A DNA stretch of 64,000 bases from Candidatus Adlerbacteria bacterium (GCA_026397405.1 JAPLUW010000001.1:339977-403976); one strand, 5' to 3'; shown: positions 1 to 9,424, counted from the first letter of the stretch. Notes: a model not told the origin generated them from the sequence alone. Program-made: numbers and translations.

Positions 1-86
1 GAAGACCAGCCTTATCACCCTTACCCTGACTTCGATGCCTCACAAAGCACCTAAGGCAAAAAAGGTAGCCGCAGCCAAAAACTAAT

Positions 87-755
87 ATGTCTAAAATCGT
101 AAATCCATTTGCACATCGTTTGGGAATTATCCATGACTGGCGTCATCGCTGGTTTGCTATGGGTGCAAAATACCAGGAATATTTGAAGGCAGACATTTTG
201 CTCCGCGAGTTTTTGCAGAAGGACCTCCGCGGTATGCACATTGGTGGTATCGAACTTGAGCGCAACGACAAAAACCTCCGCATTTTGATAAAAACATCTC
301 GCCCGGGTCTTATCATTGGCCGCTCGGGAGAAGGCTCTGTAAAATTGAAGAACAAAATCGTCGCTTTCCTTAAAGCAAAAAAACTTGTCGCGCCAGAAAT
401 CAAACTCGATATTGAAGAAATCCGCTCGCCAGAGTCTAACGCAGCTATTGTTGCGTACTTGGTAGCCGAAGGTCTTGAAAAACGCCTCCCGTTCCGCCGT
501 GTGTTGAAGCAGACAATTGAAAAAGTAATGGCAAACCGCGACGTTAAAGGTGTGCGTATCGCGCTCGGCGGCATGCTCGGCGGCGGTTCTATGTCCCGCA
601 AGGAAGAGTTGAAGAAAGGCCGCATCCCACTGCAAACCTTCCGTTCTGACATCGACTACGCAAAGGAACGTGCAAACCTACCGCTCGGCGTGATTGGTGT
701 TAAAGTTTGGATCTACCGTGGCGAAGTCTTTGCGTCCAACGCAAAAGACAAATAA
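87..755 (+). CDS. rpsC: 30S ribosomal protein S3
   Basis: 222-aa ORF with the S3 N-terminal KH-like motif (MSKIVNPFAHRLGI...WFA) and C-terminal domain. It sits first in the spc-like operon order. Confidence 0.9.
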   Translation: MSKIVNPFAHRLGIIHDWRHRWFAMGAKYQEYLKADILLREFLQKDLRGMHIGGIELERNDKNLRILIKTSRPGLIIGRSGEGSVKLKNKIVAFLKAKKLVAPEIKLDIEEIRSPESNAAIVAYLVAEGLEKRLPFRRVLKQTIEKVMANRDVKGVRIALGGMLGGGSMSRKEELKKGRIPLQTFRSDIDYAKERANLPLGVIGVKVWIYRGEVFASNAKDK

Positions 756-776
756 AACACATCCTCTGAAATTTTT

Positions 777-1202
777 ATGTTATTCCCAAAGAAAGTAAAA
801 TTTAGAAAGTCGCACACGATGCGCCGCAACACCAAGCGCGACATGGTTGCGTCACGTGGTGTCACCATTGCGTTTGGTAGCCATGGTTTGAAGGCGACAA
901 CATCTGCTCGGGTACGTTCAAACCAAATTGAAAGCGCTCGCAAGGTTATCGCACGCTCACTCGGCAAAACAGGGAAGTCGTGGGTGCGCATTTTCCCTGA
1001 CAAGCCATTTACGCAAAAGCCGCCGGAAGTGAAGCTCGGTAAAGGTAAGGGCGACCCAGTTGGATACGAAGTCCAAATTTGGCCGGGACGCATTTTGTTT
1101 GAAGTGGACGGTGTTGACGCAAAGCTTGCAACCGCAGCACTTGTCAGTGCATCAAAAAAGCTTCCGCTTAAGGCAAAAGTAGTATCGCGTGTCGCACACT
1201 AA
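777..1202 (+). CDS. rplP: 50S ribosomal protein L16
   Basis: N-terminus MLFPKKVKFRK is typical of L16. It follows rpsC as in the canonical operon. Confidence 0.9.
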   Translation: MLFPKKVKFRKSHTMRRNTKRDMVASRGVTIAFGSHGLKATTSARVRSNQIESARKVIARSLGKTGKSWVRIFPDKPFTQKPPEVKLGKGKGDPVGYEVQIWPGRILFEVDGVDAKLATAALVSASKKLPLKAKVVSRVAH

Positions 1203-1206
1203 TTTT

Positions 1207-1401
1207 ATGTCAAAGAAAACATCACTCACAAAACACTCTGTCGAAGATTTGAACCGCCTTGTTGCAGACAAGCAGGAAGAACTGCGCACCTTGCGTTTTT
1301 CGGTCGCAGGGAGTAAAAATCGTAATGTAAAGCTGGGCCGTACCTTGCGCAAAACCATTGCCCGCGGCCTGACAGAGCTGAACGCCCGCAGAAACGCATA
1401 A
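1207..1401 (+). CDS. rpmC: 50S ribosomal protein L29
   Basis: About 64 aa and basic. Coiled-coil L29-like sequence (LRTLRF...KNRNVKL), in operon position after rplP. Start taken at the internal ATG at 1207. Confidence 0.8.
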   Translation: MSKKTSLTKHSVEDLNRLVADKQEELRTLRFSVAGSKNRNVKLGRTLRKTIARGLTELNARRNA

Positions 1402-1406
1402 CCACC

Positions 1407-1658
1407 ATGGAAACAACACTTACAACAAATAGAAAACTCCTCCGCGGCGTCGTGACCTCGGACAAAATGCAGGACACTGCAGTGGTTTCTGTGCAGCGTT
1501 ATGTAAAGCACCCAAAGTACAAAAAGTACATGAAGCAGAACAAGAAGTACCACGTACACAACCCAGGCAACCGCGCGAAGGAAGGCGACCAGGTTACTAT
1601 CCGTTCGTGCCGTCCACTTTCCAAAACCAAATCGTTCGAAATCGTATTTGAGAATTAA
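1407..1658 (+). CDS. rpsQ: 30S ribosomal protein S17
   Basis: 83 aa. Motif LRGVVTSDKMQDTAVVSV...KYHVHNP is typical of S17, and the operon position fits. Confidence 0.85.
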   Translation: METTLTTNRKLLRGVVTSDKMQDTAVVSVQRYVKHPKYKKYMKQNKKYHVHNPGNRAKEGDQVTIRSCRPLSKTKSFEIVFEN

Positions 1659-1661
1659 TTT

Positions 1662-2042
1662 ATGATCCAAGACCGCTCACTCGTTGTTGTTGCAGATAAT
1701 TCCGGCGCCAAAATCGGCCGCATTTTCAAGATTCCCGGATCTTCAAAAAAGCGCTATGCAGAAATTGGCGAAATTGTTGTCCTTTCAGTACAAACTGCAG
1801 AGCCTCGCAAAGCAGTAAAAAAGAAAGATATTTTGAAGGCCGTCGTGGTACGTCAGCGCAAACCGTTTCGTCGCAAAGACGGTTCGTACCTCCGCTTTGA
1901 CGAAAATGCAGTAGTCATTTTGGAAACGTCCGGCAAGGACAAAAAGGAGCCAAAGGCAGGACGCATCTTCGGCCCTATACCACGCGAGCTCCAGGAGCTT
2001 GGCTACCAGACAATTATTTCCCGCGCACCTGAAGTCGTATAA
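1662..2042 (+). CDS. rplN: 50S ribosomal protein L14
   Basis: MIQDRSLVVVADNSGAK is the L14 N-terminal signature. 126 aa. Confidence 0.9.
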   Translation: MIQDRSLVVVADNSGAKIGRIFKIPGSSKKRYAEIGEIVVLSVQTAEPRKAVKKKDILKAVVVRQRKPFRRKDGSYLRFDENAVVILETSGKDKKEPKAGRIFGPIPRELQELGYQTIISRAPEVV

Positions 2043-2047
2043 CTTGT

Positions 2048-2341
2048 ATGAATACTCTCCACATTAAAAAAGGCGACAATGTCCGCGTGTTGTCGGGAAA
2101 CGAAAAAGGTAAGACCGGCAAAGTGGTTGGCGTGTTCCCAAAGACAAACCTGGTCCTTGTTGAAGGTGTCGGCATGCGCAAGAAGCACCAAAAGGCGCGT
2201 CGCGAAGGTCAGAAAGGCCAAATCATCGACAAGCATCACCCAATTCACGCAAGCAAAGTTGTAAATACTGCCGCACCAAAAAAGACAGCTACTAAGGAAA
2301 AAGCTGCACCTGTAAAGAAAACTCGCGCAGCAAAAAAATAA
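2048..2341 (+). CDS. rplX: 50S ribosomal protein L24
   Basis: KOW motif IKKGDNVRVLSGNEKGKTGKV, with a Lys/Ala-rich tail. Confidence 0.85.
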   Translation: MNTLHIKKGDNVRVLSGNEKGKTGKVVGVFPKTNLVLVEGVGMRKKHQKARREGQKGQIIDKHHPIHASKVVNTAAPKKTATKEKAAPVKKTRAAKK

Positions 2342-2347
2342 ACCACC

Positions 2348-2890
2348 ATGCCTAACTTAATTCAAGAACAACAGAAGACAACGTTTAAAGACCTCAAGGG
2401 CGACTTTGGGTGGACAAACGTCATGCAAGTACCAAAGATCCAGAAGGTGGTAATTTCTGTAGGCGTTGGTTCTACTAAAGACAAAAACAAAGTAAAACTT
2501 ATCGAAGACCGTCTTGGTCGTGTCACCGGGCAGAAGCCTGCTGTGCGTGGTGCAAAGAAGTCTATCGCTACCTACAAAACCCGCATTGGTGACAAAATTG
2601 GTTACCAAGTAACCCTCCGCGGTAAGCGCATGCAGGATTTTTTGAACCGCATGATCCACATCGCGCTTCCTCGTACTAAAGACTTTAAAGGTATCCCAAC
2701 TACGTCAGTCGACGAGATGGGTAACTACACACTTGGTATTAAAGAACACTCAGTGTTCCCTGAAACTGCCGACGAAGAATTGAAAGATGTCTTTGGCATG
2801 GCGGTGACTGTTGTCACAACAGCAAAAGACAAAAAAGAGGCGCGTGCATATTTGGCCCACCTCGGCTTCCCATTCAAAAAAACAAATTAG
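2348..2890 (+). CDS. rplE: 50S ribosomal protein L5
   Basis: 180 aa. L5 motifs (VPKIQKVVISVGVG...) and operon position. Confidence 0.9.
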   Translation: MPNLIQEQQKTTFKDLKGDFGWTNVMQVPKIQKVVISVGVGSTKDKNKVKLIEDRLGRVTGQKPAVRGAKKSIATYKTRIGDKIGYQVTLRGKRMQDFLNRMIHIALPRTKDFKGIPTTSVDEMGNYTLGIKEHSVFPETADEELKDVFGMAVTVVTTAKDKKEARAYLAHLGFPFKKTN

Positions 2891-2912
2891 TTTAAAAACT
2901 ATTTTCCTCCTC

Positions 2913-2940
2913 AAAAACTCCCCACAGGGGGAGTTTTTGT
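2913..2940. terminator. Bidirectional intrinsic terminator hairpin (ACTCCCC-ACAG-GGGGAGT), with an A-tract on one side and a T-tract on the other
   Basis: Perfect inverted repeat AAAAACTCCCC / GGGGAGTTTTT seen directly, immediately after the rplE stop. Confidence 0.6.
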
Positions 2941-2949
2941 TTTGGTAAA

Positions 2950-2976
2950 AGAAAAACGGCGCTTTGTGTGCGCCGC
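2950..2976 (-). terminator. Intrinsic terminator for the minus-strand insertion gene (GGCGC-TTTGTGT-GCGCC, followed on the minus strand by a T run)
   Basis: Inverted repeat with AAAAAC on the plus strand. It lies just 3' of the minus ORF stop at 2983. Confidence 0.5.
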
Positions 2977-2982
2977 TTCGGA

Positions 2983-3332
2983 CTATTCCAAATCCAATTC
3001 CTGTTGGTTTGGATGTTCGTCACGTGTAGGTTCTTGAGAAACAAAGAGGGAATTGACGAAATAGAGAGGACAGATATGTTTGGCCGCTTCTGCGGGGGTT
3101 GCGTCCCCATAGTTGAAACACTCTATCAGGCCGCCATCGCTGGCCCAGCACGAGCATTTCCTAGGTGAATCCTCGCAGTAAGCTTCTTCAAACTTCCACC
3201 ATATAAATCTTTTTCTCCCTAGTGTCAGGTGGTCCCCGGTGTGGCCATGTTCGCGTAAGCACCCTTGGTCCGACTCCGTTTCGTCAAATAGGTCAACCTC
3301 TTTTCGAGGCATAACAATGCCGCAGCAGCTCA
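2983..3332 (-). CDS. Hypothetical Cys/His-rich small protein, convergent insertion inside the ribosomal protein operon
   Basis: The minus-strand ORF extends to 3393 with a TTG start. The best ATG is at 3332, preceded by a GGGAGAG Shine-Dalgarno. There are at least 8 Cys plus an HGHTGDH motif. It has its own terminator and occupies an atypical 665-bp gap between rplE and rpsN. Confidence 0.4.
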
Positions 3333-3555
3333 TGCAACTCTCCCGTGAAAAACTGTCTGCCAACGTTATACCACCTCTACAAAATCTGAACAATTTTATT
3401 CTAAAAGAAGGAGTTTGACTTCTAAAGTAGGTTCAAGTATATTGATGCCTAGCCCAACAGGGCTCCTTTTTTCTACTAGGTGCCGCTTAGTCGCAAGGCG
3501 AGGTAAACCGGTAGAATCATAACTCCCAAAGGTATATGGGGAGTAACCACGAATA

Positions 3556-3741
3556 ATGGCTAAAAAATCAACAGTCGCACGCTCAAACAAGGCTCCGAAG
3601 TTTGCTTCGAGGGTCGTTCGTCGTTGCTTCCGTTGTGGCCGCAAGCGTTCGTTTATGCGCGACTTCGGCATGTGCCGTGCGTGCTTCCGCGAAGCTGCAA
3701 ACGAAGGCCTTATCCCTGGCGTCCGCAAGTCATCTTGGTAA
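3556..3741 (+). CDS. rpsN: 30S ribosomal protein S14, type Z (zinc-binding)
   Basis: 61 aa with the CxxC...CxxC zinc ribbon ([25 protein letters not shown]). Confidence 0.85.
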   Translation: MAKKSTVARSNKAPKFASRVVRRCFRCGRKRSFMRDFGMCRACFREAANEGLIPGVRKSSW

Positions 3742-3744
3742 TTT

Positions 3745-4134
3745 ATGGTAACTGACCCAATCTCAGATTTGATAATCCGCATTCAGAATGCGTCACGTGC
3801 TAAAAAGGAAAGCATGTCTTTGCCGTTTTCGCAGATGAAGCTTGCTATTGCAGAAGTCCTGCAGCAGGAAGGCTACATTGCTGCGGTCGACAAAAAGTCG
3901 AAGAAGGAAGGCAAGCTCACACTTTCGCTTGCGTACAAAAACGGTGCATCGGTTGTACAGGGTGTTAAGCGCATTTCTAAACCATCACGCCGCGTGTACT
4001 TTAGCGTCCACGATGTAAAGCCAGTTAAACGCGGCTACGGTCTCCTTGTCCTTTCAACCCCAGCTGGCGTTATGAGCGGCAAGCAGGCAAAGATTAAACA
4101 TGTCGGTGGGGAAGCACTGTTCGAAATTTGGTAA
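3745..4134 (+). CDS. rpsH: 30S ribosomal protein S8
   Basis: N-terminus MVTDPISDLIIRIQNA and C-terminus YGLLVLSTPAGVMSG are typical of S8. Confidence 0.9.
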   Translation: MVTDPISDLIIRIQNASRAKKESMSLPFSQMKLAIAEVLQQEGYIAAVDKKSKKEGKLTLSLAYKNGASVVQGVKRISKPSRRVYFSVHDVKPVKRGYGLLVLSTPAGVMSGKQAKIKHVGGEALFEIW

Positions 4135-4140
4135 AATATT

Positions 4141-4674
4141 ATGTCACGACTTGCTAAACGCCCCATTGCTATACCGTCTAAGGCCGAAATTACAGTTTCG
4201 GAAGGCATGATCCGTGTCAAAGGCCCAAAGGGTACGCTTGAAAAAGCTACTCACCGCCTTGTTTCTGTTGAAGTGGGCGCAGAGGGTGTGCAGGTTGCAG
4301 TACGCGGCGCTTCACTTGAAGGCCGTGCACTTGTTGGTACCTACGCGTCACATGTCCGCAACATGCTCGCAGGTGTGACAGAAGGCTATACAAAAAAACT
4401 CCTTGTTGAAGGTGTCGGCTACAAGTGGGATGTACAGGGCAACAAGTTGAACCTTTCACTTGGCTTTTCGCACCCGGTTGTTATGGAAATACCTGCAGGT
4501 TTGGCGGTAAAGTCAGAAAAGTCGGCACTTACTATTGAAGGTCATGATAAAGAAATGGTGGGCCAGTTTGCAGCAAACGTCCGCGCACTTAAAAAGCCAG
4601 AACCGTACAAAGGTAAAGGTATCCGCTACGATGGGGAAGTTATCCGCCGCAAGCAGGGTAAAAAGGCCGCATAA
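4141..4674 (+). CDS. rplF: 50S ribosomal protein L6
   Basis: 177 aa. MSRLAKRPIAIPSKAEITV... is typical of L6. Confidence 0.9.
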   Translation: MSRLAKRPIAIPSKAEITVSEGMIRVKGPKGTLEKATHRLVSVEVGAEGVQVAVRGASLEGRALVGTYASHVRNMLAGVTEGYTKKLLVEGVGYKWDVQGNKLNLSLGFSHPVVMEIPAGLAVKSEKSALTIEGHDKEMVGQFAANVRALKKPEPYKGKGIRYDGEVIRRKQGKKAA

Positions 4675-4680
4675 ACCTAT

Positions 4681-5034
4681 ATGTCTAACACTCTCAACAA
4701 ACAACTTACTCGTACACGTCGCCACAACCGCATCCGCAAGAGCGTTATCGGTACTGCTACACGCCCACGTTTGGCCGTCTACAAGTCTAACCGCTACTTG
4801 CACGCGCAGATTATCGACGACGGTAAGGGCGTAACGTTGGTTGCAGGTACTACTAAGGACATTGCAAAGAACGCAAAAAAGATGGACGCTGCAGAAAAGT
4901 TGGGAGCCCAGCTTGCAGAAAAAGCAAAAGCAGCTGGCATTACCGCAGTAGTGTTCGACCGCGGTGGTTTCCGCTATACTGGCCGCGTTGCCACCTTGGC
5001 AGCAGCAGCACGCAAAGGTGGTCTTGAATTTTAA
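4681..5034 (+). CDS. rplR: 50S ribosomal protein L18
   Basis: RPRLAVYKSNRYLHAQIIDD motif. 117 aa. Confidence 0.9.
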   Translation: MSNTLNKQLTRTRRHNRIRKSVIGTATRPRLAVYKSNRYLHAQIIDDGKGVTLVAGTTKDIAKNAKKMDAAEKLGAQLAEKAKAAGITAVVFDRGGFRYTGRVATLAAAARKGGLEF

Positions 5035-5037
5035 TAT

Positions 5038-5667
5038 ATGACTGATAACGAAAACGAAATTGTAGTTGCAGAGCCGACAGTGGCAGCAGTAGAAACTGCG
5101 GATGTTACTCCTGCACCTGTAGCAACAACTGCTGCTCCTGTGGGTGACCGCCGCAACAACCGCGCGCCTCGTGGTGCGGGGAGAGGAGGTGACAAAGGTG
5201 GCCGCCGCCCTTCCTCACGCCCGCCACGCGCAAAGAGCGAATACGACCAGAAGATGATCAACATCCGCCGTGTTGCCCGTGTTGTTGCCGGAGGTCGCCG
5301 CTTCTCGTTTAGCGTCGCACTTATCATTGGTAACAAAAAAGGCAAAGTTGGTGTGGGCTTGGGCAAAGCAGGGGACACAACCCTCGCTATCGACAAAGCA
5401 GTCCGTGATGCAAAAAAGCACATGATAACGGTTGCACTTACAAACGACAGCTCTATCGCACACGAAGTGTCGGCAAAATACTGCGCAGCGCGTGTGTCAT
5501 TTATGCCCGCACATGGTCGCGGTTTGGTTGCAGGTTCGTCAGTTCGCCCTGTGCTTGAACTTGCCGGCATCACCAACACCGTTGCAAAAATTCACTCTGG
5601 TTCAAAAAACGGTTTGAACAATGCCCGCGCCGCAATCGAAGCCCTAAAGCAGCTCAAAGTGAAATAA
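5038..5667 (+). CDS. rpsE: 30S ribosomal protein S5, with an Ala/Pro-rich N-terminal extension
   Basis: S5 dsRBD and C-terminal domain motifs (INIRRVARVVAGGRRFSFSVALIIGNKKGKVGVGLGKA). Confidence 0.9.
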   Translation: MTDNENEIVVAEPTVAAVETADVTPAPVATTAAPVGDRRNNRAPRGAGRGGDKGGRRPSSRPPRAKSEYDQKMINIRRVARVVAGGRRFSFSVALIIGNKKGKVGVGLGKAGDTTLAIDKAVRDAKKHMITVALTNDSSIAHEVSAKYCAARVSFMPAHGRGLVAGSSVRPVLELAGITNTVAKIHSGSKNGLNNARAAIEALKQLKVK

Positions 5668-5671
5668 TTTT

Positions 5672-6124
5672 ATGCAATTAAACGAACTCAAACGCGCAAC
5701 CGCGCAAAAAGCACCAAAGAGAGTCGGCCGTGGAGGCGGGCGCGGCAAGACATCTGGCCGTGGTACTAAAGGTCAGAACGCTCGTTCCGGCCACAAGAAA
5801 CGCCCAGACATCCGCGAGATCCTCAAGAAACTTCCAAAGATGCGCGGTCGCGGTATTGGTGGCCTCATGTCTATCCAAGCAAAACCTCTGGTGGTGAACG
5901 TTGCGTCACTCGAAATGGCATTTGCTGCAGGCGACACTATCACACCAGCAGTACTTGTTGAACGCGGTCTCGTGCGCACACGTAAAAATGCATCGAAGGC
6001 TCCTGTTGTTAAGATCTTGGGTGACGGTGAGCTTACAAAGAAATTTATACTCTCCGGGTGCGTAGTCTCTGCATCCGCAAAAGAAAAGATAGAAAAAGCC
6101 GGAGGTTCAGTAGCAATTAAATAA
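5672..6124 (+). CDS. rplO: 50S ribosomal protein L15
   Basis: Gly/Arg-rich N-terminus RVGRGGGRGKTSGRGTKGQ. It starts 4 nt after the rpsE stop, so no rpmD (L30) lies between them. Confidence 0.9.
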   Translation: MQLNELKRATAQKAPKRVGRGGGRGKTSGRGTKGQNARSGHKKRPDIREILKKLPKMRGRGIGGLMSIQAKPLVVNVASLEMAFAAGDTITPAVLVERGLVRTRKNASKAPVVKILGDGELTKKFILSGCVVSASAKEKIEKAGGSVAIK

Positions 6125-6136
6125 ACCAAAATCTAT

Positions 6137-7408
6137 ATGAGCGGATTTGCTGAAAAACTCACACTCCTCCTCCGCGACAAGATGTTGAGGAACCGTTTAC
6201 TGTTTGTGCTTGGCGCACTTGCAGTTTTTCGGTTGCTCGCGTCTGTTCCAATTCCTGGCATCAACGCGGCACAGCTCCAGCAATTTTTTAATAACAACCA
6301 ATTCTTTGGGCTCTTGAACCTGTTTTCAGGTGGTGGGCTTTCTAACCTTTCGCTCGTGTTGCTCGGCGTTGGGCCGTATATCACCGCGTCAATTATCTTG
6401 CAGTTGTTGACCATGATGGTCCCTGCCTTGAAGCAGCTTTACCAGGAAGAAGGCGAAGCAGGTCGCCAGCGTTTTAGCCAATACACGCGACTGCTCACGC
6501 TGCCCGTAGCCGTACTCCAGGGCATTAGCTTTTTGCTTATCTTGCAGCGCGAAGGTGTGATGCCAGGCTTAACCTCGTTCCAGTTTGCAGTAAACTTGCT
6601 CGTGATTGTTGCAGGCTCGCTATTGCTGATGTGGATAGGTGAGCTCATTTCTGAATTTGGCCTTGGTAACGGTGTGTCAGTTTTGATTTTTGCCGGCATT
6701 GTTGCGCGCCTCCCGCGTGACGCATCCCAGGCACTCTTTTCCTTTACGCCAGCACAGTTGCCGGTCTACTTGGCATTTGCCGCAGCTGCCGTTGCTGTTG
6801 TTGCAGCGGTTGTTGTTATTACGGAAGCAGAACGTCCAGTCCCGGTTACCTACGCAAAACGTGTCCGTGGTATGAAGTTTTTCGGCGGTGCGTCGACCTA
6901 CTTGCCACTGCGCCTAAACCAGGCAGGTGTTATCCCTATTATCTTCGCACTTTCTCTGCTGCTTATCCCACAGATGGTTGCAACATTCTTTGCAACTTCT
7001 ACACATGCGTGGCTCGCGACTGCATCAAACGCGGTGTTGCACGCACTCCAGAACTTGGGGCTGTACGGCACGCTCTACTTCCTGCTCGTGTTCCTCTTTA
7101 CCTATTTCTATACAGCCGTTACGTTTGACCCACACCAAATTGCAGAAAACTTGCAGAAGAACGGTGCGTTTATCCCCGGCGTTCGCCCAGGTCCGTCCAC
7201 TATGGAATATTTGGGTCGCGTTATCACACGCATTACGTTTGTTGGTGCGCTCTTCCTCGGGCTTATCGCAGTTATGCCTATCGCTATGCAGTCGGTCACT
7301 GGTATCACGACGCTCACCTTGGGCGGCACCGCACTGCTTATCGTCGTCTCTGTAATTCTCGACCTTGCGCGCCGCATTGACGCGCAGATCTCTATCCGCG
7401 AGTATTAA
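6137..7408 (+). CDS. secY: Preprotein translocase subunit SecY
   Basis: 423 aa and polytopic. SecY motifs (GIMPGL-like, ten TM helices), located after rplO. Confidence 0.9.
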   Translation: MSGFAEKLTLLLRDKMLRNRLLFVLGALAVFRLLASVPIPGINAAQLQQFFNNNQFFGLLNLFSGGGLSNLSLVLLGVGPYITASIILQLLTMMVPALKQLYQEEGEAGRQRFSQYTRLLTLPVAVLQGISFLLILQREGVMPGLTSFQFAVNLLVIVAGSLLLMWIGELISEFGLGNGVSVLIFAGIVARLPRDASQALFSFTPAQLPVYLAFAAAAVAVVAAVVVITEAERPVPVTYAKRVRGMKFFGGASTYLPLRLNQAGVIPIIFALSLLLIPQMVATFFATSTHAWLATASNAVLHALQNLGLYGTLYFLLVFLFTYFYTAVTFDPHQIAENLQKNGAFIPGVRPGPSTMEYLGRVITRITFVGALFLGLIAVMPIAMQSVTGITTLTLGGTALLIVVSVILDLARRIDAQISIREY

Positions 7409-7412
7409 GAAA

Positions 7413-7985
7413 ATGGAAGGGAAACTCATACTCGTTGTCAGTCCTGCAGGCGGCGGAAAGAGTACCTTGCTCAAATATCTGCGGGAACAGATGCCCGAGA
7501 TCGTCTTCCCAGTTTCGTGCACAACAAGGCCGATGCGTCCAGGCGAAGTAGATGGCGCGGTGTATCATTTTATTAGTGACGAAGACTTTCAGGCACGTGC
7601 TGCTCGAGATGAATTTTTGGAATGGGTATATACCGACGGCAAACGCTACGGGACCCTTATATCCGAAATTGTCCCTGCGGTAGAAGCTGGCAAGACAGTG
7701 GTGCGAGAAATTGATATAAAAGGTTTTTACAAAATCCAAGACATTTTGCCTAAAGAAAATGTTCGCACTATTTATATAGACGCCGGCACGTGGGACGACT
7801 TAGAAAAACGCATCGTTGCGCGCGCACCGATAGAGCAAACAGAACTTGCCTCGCGTCGCGCACGTTTTGAAGCTGAAGCGCCGTTTAAAGACCACGCAGA
7901 CATCGTAGTAAAAAACCCGGACGGCGGCTTGGAAGTGGCTAAACACGACTTTGTTGCGGCAGTGCAAACACTTTCTGCGAAGTAA
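7413..7985 (+). CDS. gmk: Guanylate kinase
   Basis: P-loop SPAGGGKST, and the SCTTRPMRPGEVDGAVYHFIS motif that is diagnostic for guanylate kinase. Confidence 0.8.
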   Translation: MEGKLILVVSPAGGGKSTLLKYLREQMPEIVFPVSCTTRPMRPGEVDGAVYHFISDEDFQARAARDEFLEWVYTDGKRYGTLISEIVPAVEAGKTVVREIDIKGFYKIQDILPKENVRTIYIDAGTWDDLEKRIVARAPIEQTELASRRARFEAEAPFKDHADIVVKNPDGGLEVAKHDFVAAVQTLSAK

Positions 7986-7991
7986 TGTACA

Positions 7992-8594
7992 ATGCAAAGC
8001 GTGAATAAACAGACACTTATATTTTTAGGACCGCAAGGATGCGGGAAGGGGACGCAAATTGCACTCTTAAAAGAGCTTTTAAAAACAAAGGATGCGGGGC
8101 GGGAAATTGTCCATTTTGAAATGGGCAAATGTTTGCGTGAACTTGGCGCGCAGGAAACATTTACCGGCACAAAAACAGCACATATTTTGCACGAAGGTGG
8201 GCTTATCCCATACGCGATAAGCTGCTCGGTGTTTGTGCAATATTTGATGCAACACGCGTCGCAGGCAGAGGAACATATTATTATCGACGGCTTTCCTCGT
8301 ACAAAAGACCAGGTGCCTATGCTCGACTCCGCACTCGACTTTTTTAATGCAAAGCCAGCTGTGGTGGTGTGTATAAATATTTCAGACGAAGAGGCAGTAA
8401 AACGCCTCCTGTTGCGTGGTCGCCATGATGACACAGAAGAAAGTATCCGCACACGGCTCGAGTGGTCGCGCAATGACACCATGCCAAACATCGCGTGGTT
8501 CCGTGCTAACCCGTCTTACACCGTGCTCGACATTGAAGGTGAGCGAACAGTAGAGGAAATTCATGCTGACATTGTGCAAAAGTTAGGATTGTAA
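7992..8594 (+). CDS. adk: Adenylate kinase (short form without a zinc lid)
   Basis: GPQGCGKGTQ P-loop, IIDGFPRT NMP-binding motif and RxDD LID residues. Confidence 0.8.
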   Translation: MQSVNKQTLIFLGPQGCGKGTQIALLKELLKTKDAGREIVHFEMGKCLRELGAQETFTGTKTAHILHEGGLIPYAISCSVFVQYLMQHASQAEEHIIIDGFPRTKDQVPMLDSALDFFNAKPAVVVCINISDEEAVKRLLLRGRHDDTEESIRTRLEWSRNDTMPNIAWFRANPSYTVLDIEGERTVEEIHADIVQKLGL

Positions 8595-8597
8595 TTC

Positions 8598-9362
8598 ATG
8601 CTAGCTAAAACACAGGAAGACATAGAAGGTCTGCGCATGTCGGGCAAAATACTTTCAGACGTGCTGAAAGAGCTTATACCGCTTGTACAAGTTGGAGTGA
8701 CAACTGCCGAGCTCGACTTGGCCGCAGAAAAGGGAATCCGCGAGCAGGGGGGAGTGCCGGCATTTTTAAATTACAAACCCTCTGGCGCATCATTTCCATA
8801 CCCGGCAGCACTATGTGTCACGATAAATGACGAAGTTGCGCATGGTATACCGAGCGAACATCGTGCTATTGCCGACGGTGACATCGTGTCTCTCGACTTA
8901 GGTGTTTCATATAACGGGTACGTTACCGACGCAGCGCTTGCCTGCATTGTGGGCGCGGGCGACGCAGACGCGCAGCGCTTGCTTGTTGCTGCCCGCGAAT
9001 CACTCGACGCGGCAGTAGCCACATTGAAAGCAGGTGCACGCACAGGCGACGCAGGTGCTGCAGTAGAAGTTGTTGCAAAAAAATATAACGTCGCAATTGT
9101 CGAAGACTTGGGCGGGCACGGAGTAGGAAAAAGTGTCCACGAAAAACCATACATTTCGAACGTGGGTAAAAAAGGCACTGGCGACGTGCTACCTCTGGGC
9201 AGCGTGCTTGCACTTGAACCTCATCTCACACTTGGGAAAGGTGACATAGTTCTTGAAGACGACGAGTGGACGTATGCAACACATGACGGTTCGCGCGCAG
9301 CGCATTTTGAACAAACTGTGATGGTCACTGAAGCAGGAGTAGAAATTCTGACCCCGTTTTAG
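8598..9362 (+). CDS. map: Methionine aminopeptidase type I
   Basis: 254 aa. Pita-bread fold metal ligands (D...D...H...E...E pattern, GHGVG motif) and operon position after adk. Confidence 0.85.
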   Translation: MLAKTQEDIEGLRMSGKILSDVLKELIPLVQVGVTTAELDLAAEKGIREQGGVPAFLNYKPSGASFPYPAALCVTINDEVAHGIPSEHRAIADGDIVSLDLGVSYNGYVTDAALACIVGAGDADAQRLLVAARESLDAAVATLKAGARTGDAGAAVEVVAKKYNVAIVEDLGGHGVGKSVHEKPYISNVGKKGTGDVLPLGSVLALEPHLTLGKGDIVLEDDEWTYATHDGSRAAHFEQTVMVTEAGVEILTPF

Positions 9363-9389
9363 TAGAAGCAATTGTACGGAAAGGGTATA

Positions 9390-9418
9390 TTGCGAAAATT
9401 TACATACTGTTGTATAGT
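9390..9418 (+). promoter_or_regulatory. Sigma70-like promoter TTGCGA-17nt-TATAGT; the ndk ATG lies 7 nt downstream, so the mRNA is probably leaderless
   Basis: Hexamers and spacing seen directly in the sequence. There is no SD before the ATG at 9425. Confidence 0.4.
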
Positions 9419-9424
9419 AGCGCC

